DNA from: Acidimicrobiia bacterium
GTDB taxonomy: Bacteria > Actinomycetota > Acidimicrobiia > Spongiisociales > UBA5794
Length of the DNA stretch: 64,000 bases
Assembly (NCBI GenBank): GCA_030066875.1
Contig: JASJAS010000001.1
Coordinates: 20,923 to 84,922 of the forward strand
Reading direction: 5' to 3'
A model generated the notes under the pieces. The model made no database searches. It was not told the DNA's origin and saw nothing but the letters and a program-made list of their open reading frames with translations. This document shows, one piece after another, positions 1-11,256 of the stretch. Position numbers and translations under genes: made by a program. The first letter of the stretch is position 1. The number at the start of each line of letters is the position of its first letter.

Positions 1-1
1 A

Positions 2-907
2 GTGACCTTCCACGCCTTGAAGCCCGGTCACCTCCTGGGTGAGGGGCCGGAACGATGTGGATTCGTCGAGACTGTGGACATCGGTTTAGTCGGCGGGAAC
101 CCCGAGTTGTGGCTGTGCGAGGCCGGCGACGCTGTGCTCCCGGATCGAATCCGCACCGCCCACAAATGGTCGGTTGGGTCGGTTGCAGTTGTTGGCAGTG
201 CGCGGGGCATGATCGGCGCCGGCGTGCTCACGGCACGTTCGGCGATACACGCCGGTGCCGGCAGCGCGACCGTCGTCAGCCCGATGGAGACCCAGCCTCA
301 GGTCGCAGCTATGTCGGCCGGGTTGCTGACCCGCGGCATCGGTGATGGTGATGCCTTCTCCACCGATGATGTGGCTGCCGTGCTCGATTACACCGATCGG
401 TTTGACGTGCTGGTGCTTGGGCCCGGACTCGGTCCCGATGACGGCTTTGCTCGTGACATCACTGTTCGGCGGAGCGGCAAGCTGCTCATCGATGCCGACG
501 GCCTCAACAACCTGGGTGGGCTGGATCCGCTGCTCGCCCGCGACGGTCCGACGATCATCACGCCACATGCCGGGGAGTATGAGCGACTCACCGGCGAGAA
601 GGCCGGCTACGCCAGCGCCGTGACCCTGCCCGTCAAGACGGGCGCCGTTGTGATCCTCAAGGGCAATCCGACGTTTGTCCTCGGCGAGGATCGGTGGGTG
701 GTTACGGCTGGAGGCCCTGAACTGGCCACGATCGGCACCGGTGACGTTTTGGCCGGGGCGGTCGCTGCACTGTGGGCACAGGGATTGGATGGAGACGTTG
801 CCGCTCGATCCGGTGCCTTCTGGCACGGTGTTGCGGGAGCGCAACTGGCGGCTGTGCGCACGGTCACCGCCGAAGACCTCGTGTATGCAATCGGGGAGCT
901 GATGTGA
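2..907 (+). CDS. YjeF C-terminal carbohydrate-kinase domain protein (ADP-dependent NAD(P)H-hydrate dehydratase), 5' partial
   Basis: The ORF runs off the window start. The conserved HKWSVGSVAVVGS...GAG motifs and the GXGD region match the YjeF_C/Nnr family. Confidence 0.7.
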   Translation: MTFHALKPGHLLGEGPERCGFVETVDIGLVGGNPELWLCEAGDAVLPDRIRTAHKWSVGSVAVVGSARGMIGAGVLTARSAIHAGAGSATVVSPMETQPQVAAMSAGLLTRGIGDGDAFSTDDVAAVLDYTDRFDVLVLGPGLGPDDGFARDITVRRSGKLLIDADGLNNLGGLDPLLARDGPTIITPHAGEYERLTGEKAGYASAVTLPVKTGAVVILKGNPTFVLGEDRWVVTAGGPELATIGTGDVLAGAVAALWAQGLDGDVAARSGAFWHGVAGAQLAAVRTVTAEDLVYAIGELM

Positions 908-2019
908 GACCGTCTCACGTCGAGGTCGATCTGGAGGCGATCCGGAGCAACGTTGCCACCATTGCGGCCGCTGTGGAACCAGCCATGGTCTGCGCCGTAG
1001 TAAAAGCCGACGGCTATGGCCACGGCGACATCCCCGCCGCTGAGATGGCTCTCGAGGGCGGTGCTGCATGGCTGGCGGTAGCCCTGGTCGAAGAAGGAAT
1101 CAGGCTACGGGAGGCGGGAATTGATGCGCCGGTGCTGCTGCTGTCCGAGCCAACACCCGAAGAAGCTCCGCAGGTGGTCAAGTGGCGGCTCGTCCCGACT
1201 GTGTATCGGCATGGCTTTCTCGACATCCTTGCGGAGATTGACTCCGCCGGGGCGCAATACCCGGTTCATCTCAAGGTCGATACCGGCATGCACCGGGTGG
1301 GCGCCGCACCGAGGGTGGCCGCAGAGCTGGCGCACCGGATCCATGACGACCCGGGTTTCGAGCTGCAAGGGGTCTGGACTCACTTCGCGGTCGCCGAGGA
1401 AGACGCGGCTTACACCAACGAACAGATCGACAGGTTCGACGCGTTCGTCGCCGAGCTCGCAGCCAGCGGAATCCGGCCCTCGTTGCTCCATGCGGCTAAT
1501 ACGGCCGGAGGCCTCTTGTATCCCGCTGCCCGGTACTCGATGGTGCGGGCCGGTATTGGCATCTACGGATTAAGGCCGGCCCCCGACGTGGCTCCCGAAG
1601 TACGGCTGCAGCCCGCGATGCGGGTCGTTTCTGCAGTGTCTTATGTACGCGACTACCCGGCCGGGGCTCGGCCCTCGTATGGGCGAAGGCGCCCGCTGCC
1701 TGATGCAGGCCGGGTTGCCACGGTTCCGATCGGCTATGCCGATGGGGTGAGCCGCCGGCTCTCGAGTGTCGGAGGCGAAGTGCTGGTCCGCGGCAAACGC
1801 TACCCATACGCTGGAACGGTCACCATGGACCAGATCGTCGTTGACGTCGGTGCCGACCCGATCGAGGTCGGGGACGAAGTCGTCGTCATGGGCGCCCAAG
1901 GAAACGAGGAAGTGAGCGCCGACAACTGGGCCGAGTGGATGGACACCATCAACTACGAAGTTGTGTGCAACTTCGGGCCCCGGCTGCCACGACATTATCG
2001 GAGGGGCTGTGGCTTCTAA
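904..2019 (+). CDS. alr: alanine racemase
   Basis: The N-terminus 'RPSHVEVDLEAIRSN...VVKADGYGHG' carries the PLP-lysine motif. The GTG at 904 overlaps the upstream stop. At about 371 aa it is the right length for Alr. Confidence 0.85.
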   Translation: MRPSHVEVDLEAIRSNVATIAAAVEPAMVCAVVKADGYGHGDIPAAEMALEGGAAWLAVALVEEGIRLREAGIDAPVLLLSEPTPEEAPQVVKWRLVPTVYRHGFLDILAEIDSAGAQYPVHLKVDTGMHRVGAAPRVAAELAHRIHDDPGFELQGVWTHFAVAEEDAAYTNEQIDRFDAFVAELAASGIRPSLLHAANTAGGLLYPAARYSMVRAGIGIYGLRPAPDVAPEVRLQPAMRVVSAVSYVRDYPAGARPSYGRRRPLPDAGRVATVPIGYADGVSRRLSSVGGEVLVRGKRYPYAGTVTMDQIVVDVGADPIEVGDEVVVMGAQGNEEVSADNWAEWMDTINYEVVCNFGPRLPRHYRRGCGF

Positions 2020-2035
2020 TCAAACAATCACGGCG

Positions 2036-2887
2036 GTGCCCGGTATCGAAGTAGGTCATTGGACCGACCTGGACGCGGCCACCGGTGTGACGGTGATCAA
2101 TCTTCCCGAGCCCAATCGCGCCGTGATGGAGGCCAGAGGCGGCGCACCGGGGACTCGAGAAACCGCACTGCTGGCGCCTGGCATGAAGGTCGAAACGATC
2201 CAGGCTCTGGTCTTCTCCGGTGGCTCGGCCTTCGGGTTGGCAACCGCCGACGGCGTGATGAAGGAGTTGGCCGCCGCCGGGCGAGGTCACCCGACACCGG
2301 CTGGCCCGGTGCCGATCGTCCCGGCAGCAATCGTCTACGACCTGATCGTGGGCGAAGCCAAGGCACCGGACGCGGCGGCAGGCGTGTCCGCCTATCAGGC
2401 ACGTTCCGGCGATCCTGTCACGACCGGCAGCGTCGGCGCGGGGACGGGGGCCACCGTATCGAAGTGGGGAGGATTCGATCAGATCCGCAAAGCGGGGATC
2501 GGCTCGAGCGCGGTGAGAATTGGAGACGCCACGATCGGCGTGCTCGTTGTCCTCAACGCCGTTGGCGATGTCATGGATTTGGAGGGAAACTGGGTCAGCG
2601 GACCTTCCGAGCCCGGGCCGGGGTCGATCGGGCTTGGACCGCGCGAGAACACCACACTGGTTGCCGTTGCCACCGATGCACAATTCACCAAGTCGGATCT
2701 GCTGCGTTTGAGCGTGCGCAGTCATGATGCTCTCGGTGCAACGCTGCGCCCGGCGCATACCAGATACGACGGGGACATCGTGTTCGCAGTCTCCTGCGGC
2801 GACAAGACCGCTGACCTCGACCTTGCCGGGGAGGCTGCCTTCGAGGCTGTCGCTACCGCGATAGTTGGAGCCGTCGACAATGGTTGA
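2036..2887 (+). CDS. P1/S58 family peptidase (DmpA-like L-aminopeptidase/D-Ala esterase)
   Basis: 'VPGIEVGHWTD...EARGGAPGTRE...' and the Gly-rich 'GSVGAGTGATV' segment are characteristic of the DmpA/ArgJ fold. The start is uncertain; the GTG at 2036 was chosen after the alr stop. Confidence 0.6.
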   Translation: MPGIEVGHWTDLDAATGVTVINLPEPNRAVMEARGGAPGTRETALLAPGMKVETIQALVFSGGSAFGLATADGVMKELAAAGRGHPTPAGPVPIVPAAIVYDLIVGEAKAPDAAAGVSAYQARSGDPVTTGSVGAGTGATVSKWGGFDQIRKAGIGSSAVRIGDATIGVLVVLNAVGDVMDLEGNWVSGPSEPGPGSIGLGPRENTTLVAVATDAQFTKSDLLRLSVRSHDALGATLRPAHTRYDGDIVFAVSCGDKTADLDLAGEAAFEAVATAIVGAVDNG

Positions 2888-3548
2888 GATCGCGCCGGCC
2901 GCCGAGAGAGCCGAGAAGCTGGCAAGCCTCGCCGCCGAAGTCTCGGCTTGCACTGTGTGCCGGCTCGCCGATAACAGAACGAACGTGGTCTTCGGCTCGG
3001 GCAACCCCGACGCTGATGTGATGTTCGTCGGAGAGGGACCCGGACAGCGTGAAGACGAGCAAGGTCTTCCGTTCGTTGGAAGGTCCGGCGAATTGCTCGA
3101 ACAGCTGCTCGGTGAGATCGGGCTGGCCCGCGGCGACGTCTATATAGGAAACGTCGTCAAGTGCCGCCCGCCGAAGAACCGCGATCCTCGCCCCGATGAG
3201 ATCGACGCCTGCAAGGGATACTTGCGCACTCAATTGCAACTGATTCAGCCCAAGGTGGTGGTGACCCTGGGGAACTTCGCCTCGAAGCTGCTACTGCGGA
3301 CTGACACGGGAATAACCAGAATGCGGGGCACTGCATACGAGTGGTGGGGCCGGTTTCTCGTTCCCACCTTCCATCCGGCAGCGGCATTGCGCGGCAGCGC
3401 CCGTGTACTCGAAGAAATGCGGGAAGACTTCCGGATAGTCCAAGCCGTTGTCGAGGGTAAGCTCCAAAGGCGCATTCAGGAGCCGGCAGCCGAGGATCCT
3501 GTCGAAGCCCATGCTCCCGACCCCCAGCAACTGGATCTGTTTTCTTGA
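2880..3548 (+). CDS. uracil-DNA glycosylase, family 4 (4Fe-4S)
   Basis: 'CTVCRLADNRTNVVFGSGNPDADVMFVGEGPGQREDEQGLPFVGRSGELL' is the UDG family 4 signature. The ATG at 2880 overlaps the upstream stop. Confidence 0.8.
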   Translation: MVEIAPAAERAEKLASLAAEVSACTVCRLADNRTNVVFGSGNPDADVMFVGEGPGQREDEQGLPFVGRSGELLEQLLGEIGLARGDVYIGNVVKCRPPKNRDPRPDEIDACKGYLRTQLQLIQPKVVVTLGNFASKLLLRTDTGITRMRGTAYEWWGRFLVPTFHPAAALRGSARVLEEMREDFRIVQAVVEGKLQRRIQEPAAEDPVEAHAPDPQQLDLFS

Positions 3549-3997
3549 TCGAGATACGAACCACATCACCCGCGGAGACCCTCTCGCTGGGTCGTCACCT
3601 TGCGGCTCTGATGAGCGCAGGTGACGTCATCCTCCTGGCAGGGCGCCTCGGCGCCGGCAAAACCATGCTCGCCGCCGGAATCGGGGAAGGGCTGGGAGTT
3701 GAAGAGCCGCTTACGAGTCCGTCCTTCATCCTGGCCCGCGCCCATGAGGGCTTCATGCCGGTGATTCATGCCGATGTGTACAGACTCGGCACGAGCGCCG
3801 AGTTCGAAGATCTGGACCTTCCCGAACAGGCCCGGGACGGTGTGCTGCTGATCGAGTGGGGCGACGTGGTCGCACACGGTGTACCAGACGACCACCTACT
3901 CGTTCAGATCGAGATCATGGGCGATGACGAGCGGCGCTTCCGACTGGTCCCTTCCGGCGGTTGGGCGCAACGTTCCCTCGAGGAGTTGGCGTCGTGA
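3545..3997 (+). CDS. tsaE: tRNA threonylcarbamoyladenosine biosynthesis ATPase TsaE
   Basis: It has the P-loop 'AGRLGAGKT' and a YjeE-like length. The TTG start overlaps the udg stop. Confidence 0.8.
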   Translation: MIEIRTTSPAETLSLGRHLAALMSAGDVILLAGRLGAGKTMLAAGIGEGLGVEEPLTSPSFILARAHEGFMPVIHADVYRLGTSAEFEDLDLPEQARDGVLLIEWGDVVAHGVPDDHLLVQIEIMGDDERRFRLVPSGGWAQRSLEELAS

Positions 3998-4710
3998 AGA
4001 TCCTCGCCATCGATACCGCTACCAGCGCCTCATCGGTTGCGCTTGGTGATGGTGACCAGCTATCGGCGATGTCGGTTCGGGTTGACCGGCGCGGCCACGG
4101 GGGCTTCCTCGTACCCGCCATCGACTTCTGTTTCGAGTCGGCCGGTTGGAAACCGGCCGAGATCGATGTCATCACGGTTGACATCGGGCCGGGGTTATTC
4201 ACCGGGATCCGGGCCGGCATCTCGACTGCCCAGGCCATCGCGGCGGCTATCGGCGCGCCCATGATCACGGTCAGCTCGCTGACGACGCTTGCGCTGCGAG
4301 CCGCCACCGGACGTCGTCGCATCTGGCCGGTTGTCGACGTGAGGCGAGGGCAGTACGTCACACAGCCGTTCCGTCCGGTCCCAGGTGGCGTAGCGCCCGA
4401 CGGTACCCCAGAACTCGTCACCGCGGATGGGCTGCACCACCTGCTCGACAGCGATGCGGAAGACACGCTTCTCGTCGGTGATACGGACGAGCTTCCTCCC
4501 AAGACCCTGCTTGGTCTGCACCGTGTGAAGCGGGGTCGACCGCGCTATCCATCAGCCGATGTCCTGGTCGAGATCGCCGCAATTCATGCCGAGCGCGGGC
4601 AGTACGTCCGGCCCGAGGATGTGCGTCCGCTCTACATGAGGGAACCCGATGCGCGGATCAACTGGAGTGACTTTCGTGAGGAAGGCGTGTGGCCGGGAGA
4701 GGGGTCATGA
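3994..4710 (+). CDS. tsaB: tRNA threonylcarbamoyladenosine biosynthesis protein TsaB (YeaZ)
   Basis: 'KILAIDTATSASSVALGDG' is a YeaZ-like N-terminus. The GTG at 3994 forms a GTGA overlap with the tsaE stop. Confidence 0.8.
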   Translation: MKILAIDTATSASSVALGDGDQLSAMSVRVDRRGHGGFLVPAIDFCFESAGWKPAEIDVITVDIGPGLFTGIRAGISTAQAIAAAIGAPMITVSSLTTLALRAATGRRRIWPVVDVRRGQYVTQPFRPVPGGVAPDGTPELVTADGLHHLLDSDAEDTLLVGDTDELPPKTLLGLHRVKRGRPRYPSADVLVEIAAIHAERGQYVRPEDVRPLYMREPDARINWSDFREEGVWPGEGS

Positions 4711-5219
4711 CGACCATGAATAGCGCCATGTCCTTCAGGCCGATGGCCATCGCCGATCTCGATGTGATCGTCGCCCTCGAGCGCGAAATCTACCCACAGC
4801 CCTGGTCGGAGGGGATATTCGTCGATGAGCTGAGCCGCGATGACCGCGTCTACCTGGTCGCCGAGCGCGGTGGGGAGGTCCTCGGTTTTGCCGGCCTCAT
4901 GCTGGTCGACGAAGACGCCCACGTCACCACACTGGCGGTGCGGCCCCAGGAGCGAGAAAGAGGACTCGGCACGGCGCTCATGTTGGCGTTGGTGGAGACC
5001 GGGCTGGAACGCGGCTCGCGCAACCTCACTCTCGAGGTGAGGGCGTCGAACAAGGGTGCGCAGCGTCTTTACGAGAAGTTCGGAATGTCGGTGGTCGGGG
5101 TGCGAAAGCACTACTACCGAGATGACGACGCGGTGATCATGTGGGCGACAGATATCGACCATGCCGACTATGCCGCCCGGCTGATCGATATCGCGGCGGA
5201 CGTCGAGGAGGCATCGTGA
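4707..5219 (+). CDS. rimI: ribosomal-protein-alanine N-acetyltransferase RimI (GNAT)
   Basis: It has a GNAT fold and sits in the RimI position of the conserved tsaE–tsaB–rimI–tsaD operon. The ATGA overlap falls at 4707–4710. Confidence 0.75.
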   Translation: MTTMNSAMSFRPMAIADLDVIVALEREIYPQPWSEGIFVDELSRDDRVYLVAERGGEVLGFAGLMLVDEDAHVTTLAVRPQERERGLGTALMLALVETGLERGSRNLTLEVRASNKGAQRLYEKFGMSVVGVRKHYYRDDDAVIMWATDIDHADYAARLIDIAADVEEAS

Positions 5220-6226
5220 ATGGCCCATTGATCCTCGGTGTTGAGACGAGCTGTGATGAGACCGGGGTAGCCGTGGTCGCCGGCAATGAGGTGCTGTCCA
5301 CCGTGCTCGCATCTCAGGTCGACGCCCACGCTCGGTTCGGTGGTGTGGTTCCCGAAGTTGCGGCACGGGCCCACGTTGAGGCAATCCGACCGATGGTGCA
5401 TCTCGCACTCCGACAGGCGGGAGTTCACTCGGATCAACTCGATGCGGTAGCCGCGACCCGCGGTCCCGGTCTCGTTGGAGCGTTGATGGTTGGCTATTCC
5501 TTTGCCAAGGCGATGGCGTGGACCCTCGGAGCCCCTTTCATCGGAGTCGACCACATGGAAGGCCATCTGTTCGCGCCCCGGCTGGAGCATTCGGACTTTC
5601 AGCCTCCGGCAGTCGTGCTGCTTGCCTCTGGCGGCCACAGCCAAGTCGTACACGTGCGTGCCTGGGGGGAATACGAGGTGCTGGGGGCAACAATCGATGA
5701 CGCTGCCGGAGAAGCCTTCGACAAGATCGCCAGGTTCATGGGTCTAGGTTTCCCCGGCGGGCCGGCTATCGACAAGACGGCCGAAGGTGGCGATCCGACC
5801 ATTGTGAGGTTCCCGCGGGCATTGCGCGACCGTCCTTTCGATTTGTCCTTTTCGGGGCTGAAGACCTCGGTGGTGACCTTTCTCGAGAAAGCGAAGGCCG
5901 CCGGCTCGGTTCCGCCGCTCCCGGACGTGTCGGCTGCAGTACAGGAGGCGATCGTCGATGTGTTGGTCGAGAAGACCTTCAATGCCGTGGAGCACACCGG
6001 GGTAGACCGGGTTGCCGGCGGCGGGGGAGTGCTGGCCAATCGTCGTCTCCGGGAACGGCTCGCAGAGGAGGCATCGGAGAGGGGAGTCGCCCTATATTTG
6101 CCGTCACCCGCATTGTGCACTGACAACGGAGCCATGATCGCCGCCGCAGGCGAGTTTCGTCTGGAGCGAGGCGATGTCACTCCTTGGGGCCTCGATGTGA
6201 GCTCTTCGTTGCGGCTGGGTAGCTGA
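5216..6226 (+). CDS. tsaD: tRNA N6-adenosine threonylcarbamoyltransferase TsaD (Kae1/Gcp)
   Basis: 'NGPLILGVETSCDETGVAVV...' matches the Kae1/TsaD family. The GTG at 5216 overlaps the rimI stop. Confidence 0.9.
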   Translation: MNGPLILGVETSCDETGVAVVAGNEVLSTVLASQVDAHARFGGVVPEVAARAHVEAIRPMVHLALRQAGVHSDQLDAVAATRGPGLVGALMVGYSFAKAMAWTLGAPFIGVDHMEGHLFAPRLEHSDFQPPAVVLLASGGHSQVVHVRAWGEYEVLGATIDDAAGEAFDKIARFMGLGFPGGPAIDKTAEGGDPTIVRFPRALRDRPFDLSFSGLKTSVVTFLEKAKAAGSVPPLPDVSAAVQEAIVDVLVEKTFNAVEHTGVDRVAGGGGVLANRRLRERLAEEASERGVALYLPSPALCTDNGAMIAAAGEFRLERGDVTPWGLDVSSSLRLGS

Positions 6227-6234
6227 GGTCGGCG

Positions 6235-7344
6235 ATGCGCCGCGGTTTCCGTCTTGGTTCGGTGCGCGGTGTCGAGGTCGTTGCCGACCTGTCACTATTT
6301 GTTATCGCGGCCCTGCTCACGTGGTCGCTGTACGTCGATCTGGACAATGCATTTCCGGCGTCGTCGGCGGACACCGTGTTGTTGGCGGCGTTGGTCGGAG
6401 GCGCCTTCTTTCTCGGCAGCGTGTTCATCCATGAGCTCAGCCACTCGCTAGTGGCGCTACGGCGTGGTTTGAGCGTGCGACGGATCCGACTCTTCATCTT
6501 TGGCGGTGTTTCCGAGATCGAGGAGGAAGCATCTTCGCCGGGAGACGAACTGGCAGTGACGGTGGCGGGCCCTGCAGCCTCCTTCGTGCTCGGCGTCGCC
6601 TTCCTGCTGCTCGGCTGGGCACTGTCGGGCGGGTGGGCTCTGCCGGCGCGAATCTCGTTGATCCTCGGACTTGCCAACCTCTCCATCGCCATCTTCAACC
6701 TGCTCCCCGGGCTTCCCTTGGACGGCGGCCGCGTGCTGCGGGCGCTGGTGTGGAGTCGCAGCGGAGATCGAGCGCGGGCCACGCGGCTTGCTGTGGCCAC
6801 CGGACGCGGCTTGGGGGTTCTCGTGATGGTCGCAGGCGCGGCCTTGGTTGTGGCCGTCGGGGACATCTCCGCGCTTTGGCTCGTTGCGATCGGCTGGTTC
6901 TTGTTCGAGGCGGCGGCGACGTCGGGCTTGCAGGAGCTCTTCGCCAAACGGATCGAGGGGCTCACCGTTGGCGACGTGATGCGTCGCACCGAAATGGCCA
7001 TCGACGGCGACTCCACCGTGGCGGAGGCGCTTGAACTACACGGCTGGGGCGACAAGCTGAGAACGATGCCGGTTGATGTGAACGGTCGAGTCGTCGGGAT
7101 CTTCGGCACTCGTGAAATTGCCAAGGTTCAGCCGACCGATCGCACGTCAGCTCTGGTGCGTGACGCGATGACCGCTATCGGACCCGAGGACTTGATCGGG
7201 TCCGATGTCACCTTGCGACGGGCGTTGGCGCAGGATGCGGGCGGTGCTGGGATGCTGGTAGTTGTCGACCGGGGTGAGGTCGTCGGGCTGTTGAGCGGGG
7301 AAGAGATGAGGGACGTCTTCGACGACCTCAGGCGGAGCCGCTAG
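6235..7344 (+). CDS. site-2 protease family (M50) Zn-metalloprotease with C-terminal CBS pair
   Basis: An HExxH motif ('HELSHSL') sits in a multi-TM N-terminal half and two CBS-like repeats follow. Confidence 0.75.
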   Translation: MRRGFRLGSVRGVEVVADLSLFVIAALLTWSLYVDLDNAFPASSADTVLLAALVGGAFFLGSVFIHELSHSLVALRRGLSVRRIRLFIFGGVSEIEEEASSPGDELAVTVAGPAASFVLGVAFLLLGWALSGGWALPARISLILGLANLSIAIFNLLPGLPLDGGRVLRALVWSRSGDRARATRLAVATGRGLGVLVMVAGAALVVAVGDISALWLVAIGWFLFEAAATSGLQELFAKRIEGLTVGDVMRRTEMAIDGDSTVAEALELHGWGDKLRTMPVDVNGRVVGIFGTREIAKVQPTDRTSALVRDAMTAIGPEDLIGSDVTLRRALAQDAGGAGMLVVVDRGEVVGLLSGEEMRDVFDDLRRSR

Positions 7345-7399
7345 CCAAACCGACTGGCTCAACATAGTCTGTTGATAGATCCGCGCTGAGGGGGCCGTT

Positions 7400-8227
7400 G
7401 TGCGTCGATTGGCAGTGGTTGTTGCGTTCTGTTCCGTCGTCGCTGCGTGCGGGACCGAGGGGGTGCCGGACGACGAGCGTCAGCGAATCGAGGCGTGGAC
7501 CGATGAGGTTCAGACGATCTCCGCGGCAACCATTGCCGCATGGGATGCTCGTGACCATGACGCAATTCGCGCCCTCTACACCGAAGACATCACTCATGAC
7601 GACGATACGTTTGGGGCGCACATCGCCGGAATCGAGCAAGTCATGGAGATGGCCGGGAATATGTTCGACTTCCAGGTCCCCGACGTCAGGTTTCGGGACT
7701 CAGCGGATCACGCTGCCGGCTTCATCGGCGGTGACGGCGGGATAATGGTGTGGGAGGCTTGGGATCTCTTCGGCTTCACCGAGGACGATCCTCTTGTCGA
7801 AGTAGACCGGCTGGGTATCCGCAGCGGCCGCACCTCGACTTGGAGGCTGTTCTATGCGAGCGGGAACCCGCACGACGCGGTGGCGGCCTACGCATCGGCC
7901 CTGACGGCCGGGGACGTCGGCGAGGTGGCAGCACTCTACGAGGTTGCTGCGATTCGCAGGGATGCGGTGGCGGAGAAACTTGTTGAAGGCATCGTGGGAA
8001 TCGAGGCTGAGACTGCAGACTTCTTCGACAAGCACCACGATTTGAGTGTCCAGATCGTGATGCCGTTTGGTGGCGGCGATACGCACGGGGCGATCTACTC
8101 GATGAGCGACGCTGATGACTGCTCTGTGAAGCTGGCGGTCCTGCTCGAGATCGCCGACGGCCTGATCGTCAGCGAGGAGATCTATTACGACGGGGAGTCA
8201 CTGCTGGCTTGCGATTGGCTCTGGTAG
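7400..8227 (+). CDS. hypothetical lipoprotein (possible SnoaL/NTF2-like fold)
   Basis: A signal peptide with the lipobox 'VVAACG' leads the ORF. I cannot assign a family by eye. Confidence 0.45.
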   Translation: MRRLAVVVAFCSVVAACGTEGVPDDERQRIEAWTDEVQTISAATIAAWDARDHDAIRALYTEDITHDDDTFGAHIAGIEQVMEMAGNMFDFQVPDVRFRDSADHAAGFIGGDGGIMVWEAWDLFGFTEDDPLVEVDRLGIRSGRTSTWRLFYASGNPHDAVAAYASALTAGDVGEVAALYEVAAIRRDAVAEKLVEGIVGIEAETADFFDKHHDLSVQIVMPFGGGDTHGAIYSMSDADDCSVKLAVLLEIADGLIVSEEIYYDGESLLACDWLW

Positions 8228-8265
8228 CCGCTCCGAATCCTCTGTCACCTTCGCGTTTCTAGGGT

Positions 8266-8345
8266 CTAGCACTCGACAGGTCAGTCTGCTAGCAATCGGG
8301 TTTAGAGAGTGCTAGCCTCTGGCACTCGACTTGTCAGACTGCTAA
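8266..8345 (+). promoter_or_regulatory. two tandem CIRCE-like HrcA operator elements upstream of groES
   Basis: Element 1 is CTAGCACTC-N9-GTCTGCTAG at 8266–8292. Element 2 is CTGGCACTC-N9-GACTGCTAA at 8319–8345. A perfect GAGTGC-N9-GCACTC inverted repeat lies at 8307–8327. The CIRCE consensus is TTAGCACTC-N9-GAGTGCTAA. Confidence 0.6.
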
Positions 8346-8368
8346 CCCCTCGGAAGGAGGAAAGTCGG

Positions 8369-8656
8369 ATGAATCTCAAGCCCCTGGGTGACCGGATCGT
8401 GGTCGAGCCCGAGGAAGAGTCAGAGTCTCGTACGGCCAGCGGACTCGTCATTCCGGATACCGCCAAGGAAAAGCCCCAGCTGGGCAAAGTACTTGCTGTA
8501 GGTCCCGGCGAGTTCAAGGACGGGGAGCGGGTTCCGCTCGACGTCAGCGTTGGCGACACCGTGTTCTATTCGAAGTACGGCGGCACAGAGGTCAAGGTCG
8601 AAGGCGTCGACTACTTGATCCTGTCTGCACGCGACGTACTCGCCGTTCTCGCTTAG
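8369..8656 (+). CDS. groES: co-chaperonin GroES
   Basis: '[17 protein letters not shown]...' follows the RBS GGAAGGAGG at 8353–8361 upstream of the ATG at 8369. Confidence 0.9.
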   Translation: MNLKPLGDRIVVEPEEESESRTASGLVIPDTAKEKPQLGKVLAVGPGEFKDGERVPLDVSVGDTVFYSKYGGTEVKVEGVDYLILSARDVLAVLA

Positions 8657-8669
8657 GAGGGCCTACTAG

Positions 8670-10304
<1,635 letters not shown>

Positions 10305-10349
10305 CACATTGATCGGCGACTTTGTCGCCGATGCAATCCGAGAAGATCT

Positions 10350-10378
10350 GGAGCCCCGAAAGGGGCTCCGAATCTTTT
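10350..10378. terminator. rho-independent terminator after groEL (GGAGCCCC-GAAA-GGGGCTCC + T-tract)
   Basis: A perfect 8-bp GC stem with a tetraloop is followed by 'gaatctttt'. Further hairpins lie at 10312–10332 and 10387–10405, between convergent genes. Confidence 0.6.
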
Positions 10379-10480
10379 GGGCCTCGCCTGCCGCGAAGCG
10401 GCAGGTTCGAGTTTGCTTCGCAAACATCGCGCCTCGGCGGAGCAGAGTCGCAGATGTGCCAGCAACCAAAACCAGAAGCT

Positions 10481-11191
10481 CTAGCCGGGGAGCGAGGCGC
10501 GCCAGTCGGATCGGGTGATGACCTGACAGTTGCTGCCGAGCTGCTGCCAGAAGGCATCGCAAGATCCGCCTAGTCGGTATTCGACCTGGCTGATGGTGCC
10601 GAACTGAAAGACGTTCGCGTTGAGTGTGGAGAGGAAGATCTGGGCGCCCTCCGGGGTGTCCACACCATCGGGGAAGACGTCGACGTTGAACTCGACGAAG
10701 GCGGTGCCTTCGCTGAGGCTGACGCCGACGAATGAGCCTGGAGCTCCGTCCGGGAAGGGGGACCGAAATCCGAGAGCGGACTCATCCTCGCTCAACCCGT
10801 TGGTCATTTCGGTGAGTGTCGTGGTCAGTACGAGATCGGTGGGAGGGACGGCTCTGTAGACCCAGGCTTCGCCACTCGCCAGCGCGTTGGCGCCACACGG
10901 GTAGAACACCCGCAGCACGGTCACCCCATCACTGGTCGGGGAGTCCTCGTTGCACACCGCCGGAACGACCACCCCGTTGGTCGTTGTGGTCACTGCTGGA
11001 GCTGTTGTGGTGGTCGTCGTCGCTTCAGGCTGGGTCGTGGTCGTGGTCGTCGAGGTGGTAGTGCGCGGTGTGGCTGTGTTGTCAGATGACGCCAGAACCC
11101 GCAGGAAGGCGGTCACCACCACTAGCGCAAGGACGACGGTGACGGCTGCCACGAGCCCGCGCTGGATCAGTTGCAGCATACGCGGATCCAT
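10481..11191 (-). CDS. membrane-anchored protein with Thr/Pro-rich linker and GerMN-like domain
   Basis: It has an N-terminal TM helix and a poly-Thr linker. The C-terminal region resembles the GerMN (LpqB-like) domain. The family call is by eye only. Confidence 0.45.
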   Translation of the reverse strand: MDPRMLQLIQRGLVAAVTVVLALVVVTAFLRVLASSDNTATPRTTTSTTTTTTQPEATTTTTTAPAVTTTTNGVVVPAVCNEDSPTSDGVTVLRVFYPCGANALASGEAWVYRAVPPTDLVLTTTLTEMTNGLSEDESALGFRSPFPDGAPGSFVGVSLSEGTAFVEFNVDVFPDGVDTPEGAQIFLSTLNANVFQFGTISQVEYRLGGSCDAFWQQLGSNCQVITRSDWRASLPG

Positions 11192-11256
11192 ATCTGCGGA
11201 ACCCTAACGAGCTTTCGTACAGAACGAACGCTTTGGCAGCCAGACGCGGTTCCGGG

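Noticed and set aside
86-3004. Long minus-strand ORFs (327 aa at 86–1069; 351 aa at 1949–3004)
   Set aside because: They are antisense to the yjeF_C, alr and DmpA-like genes. They are low-complexity Arg/Pro-rich translations typical of the wrong strand in high-GC genomes.
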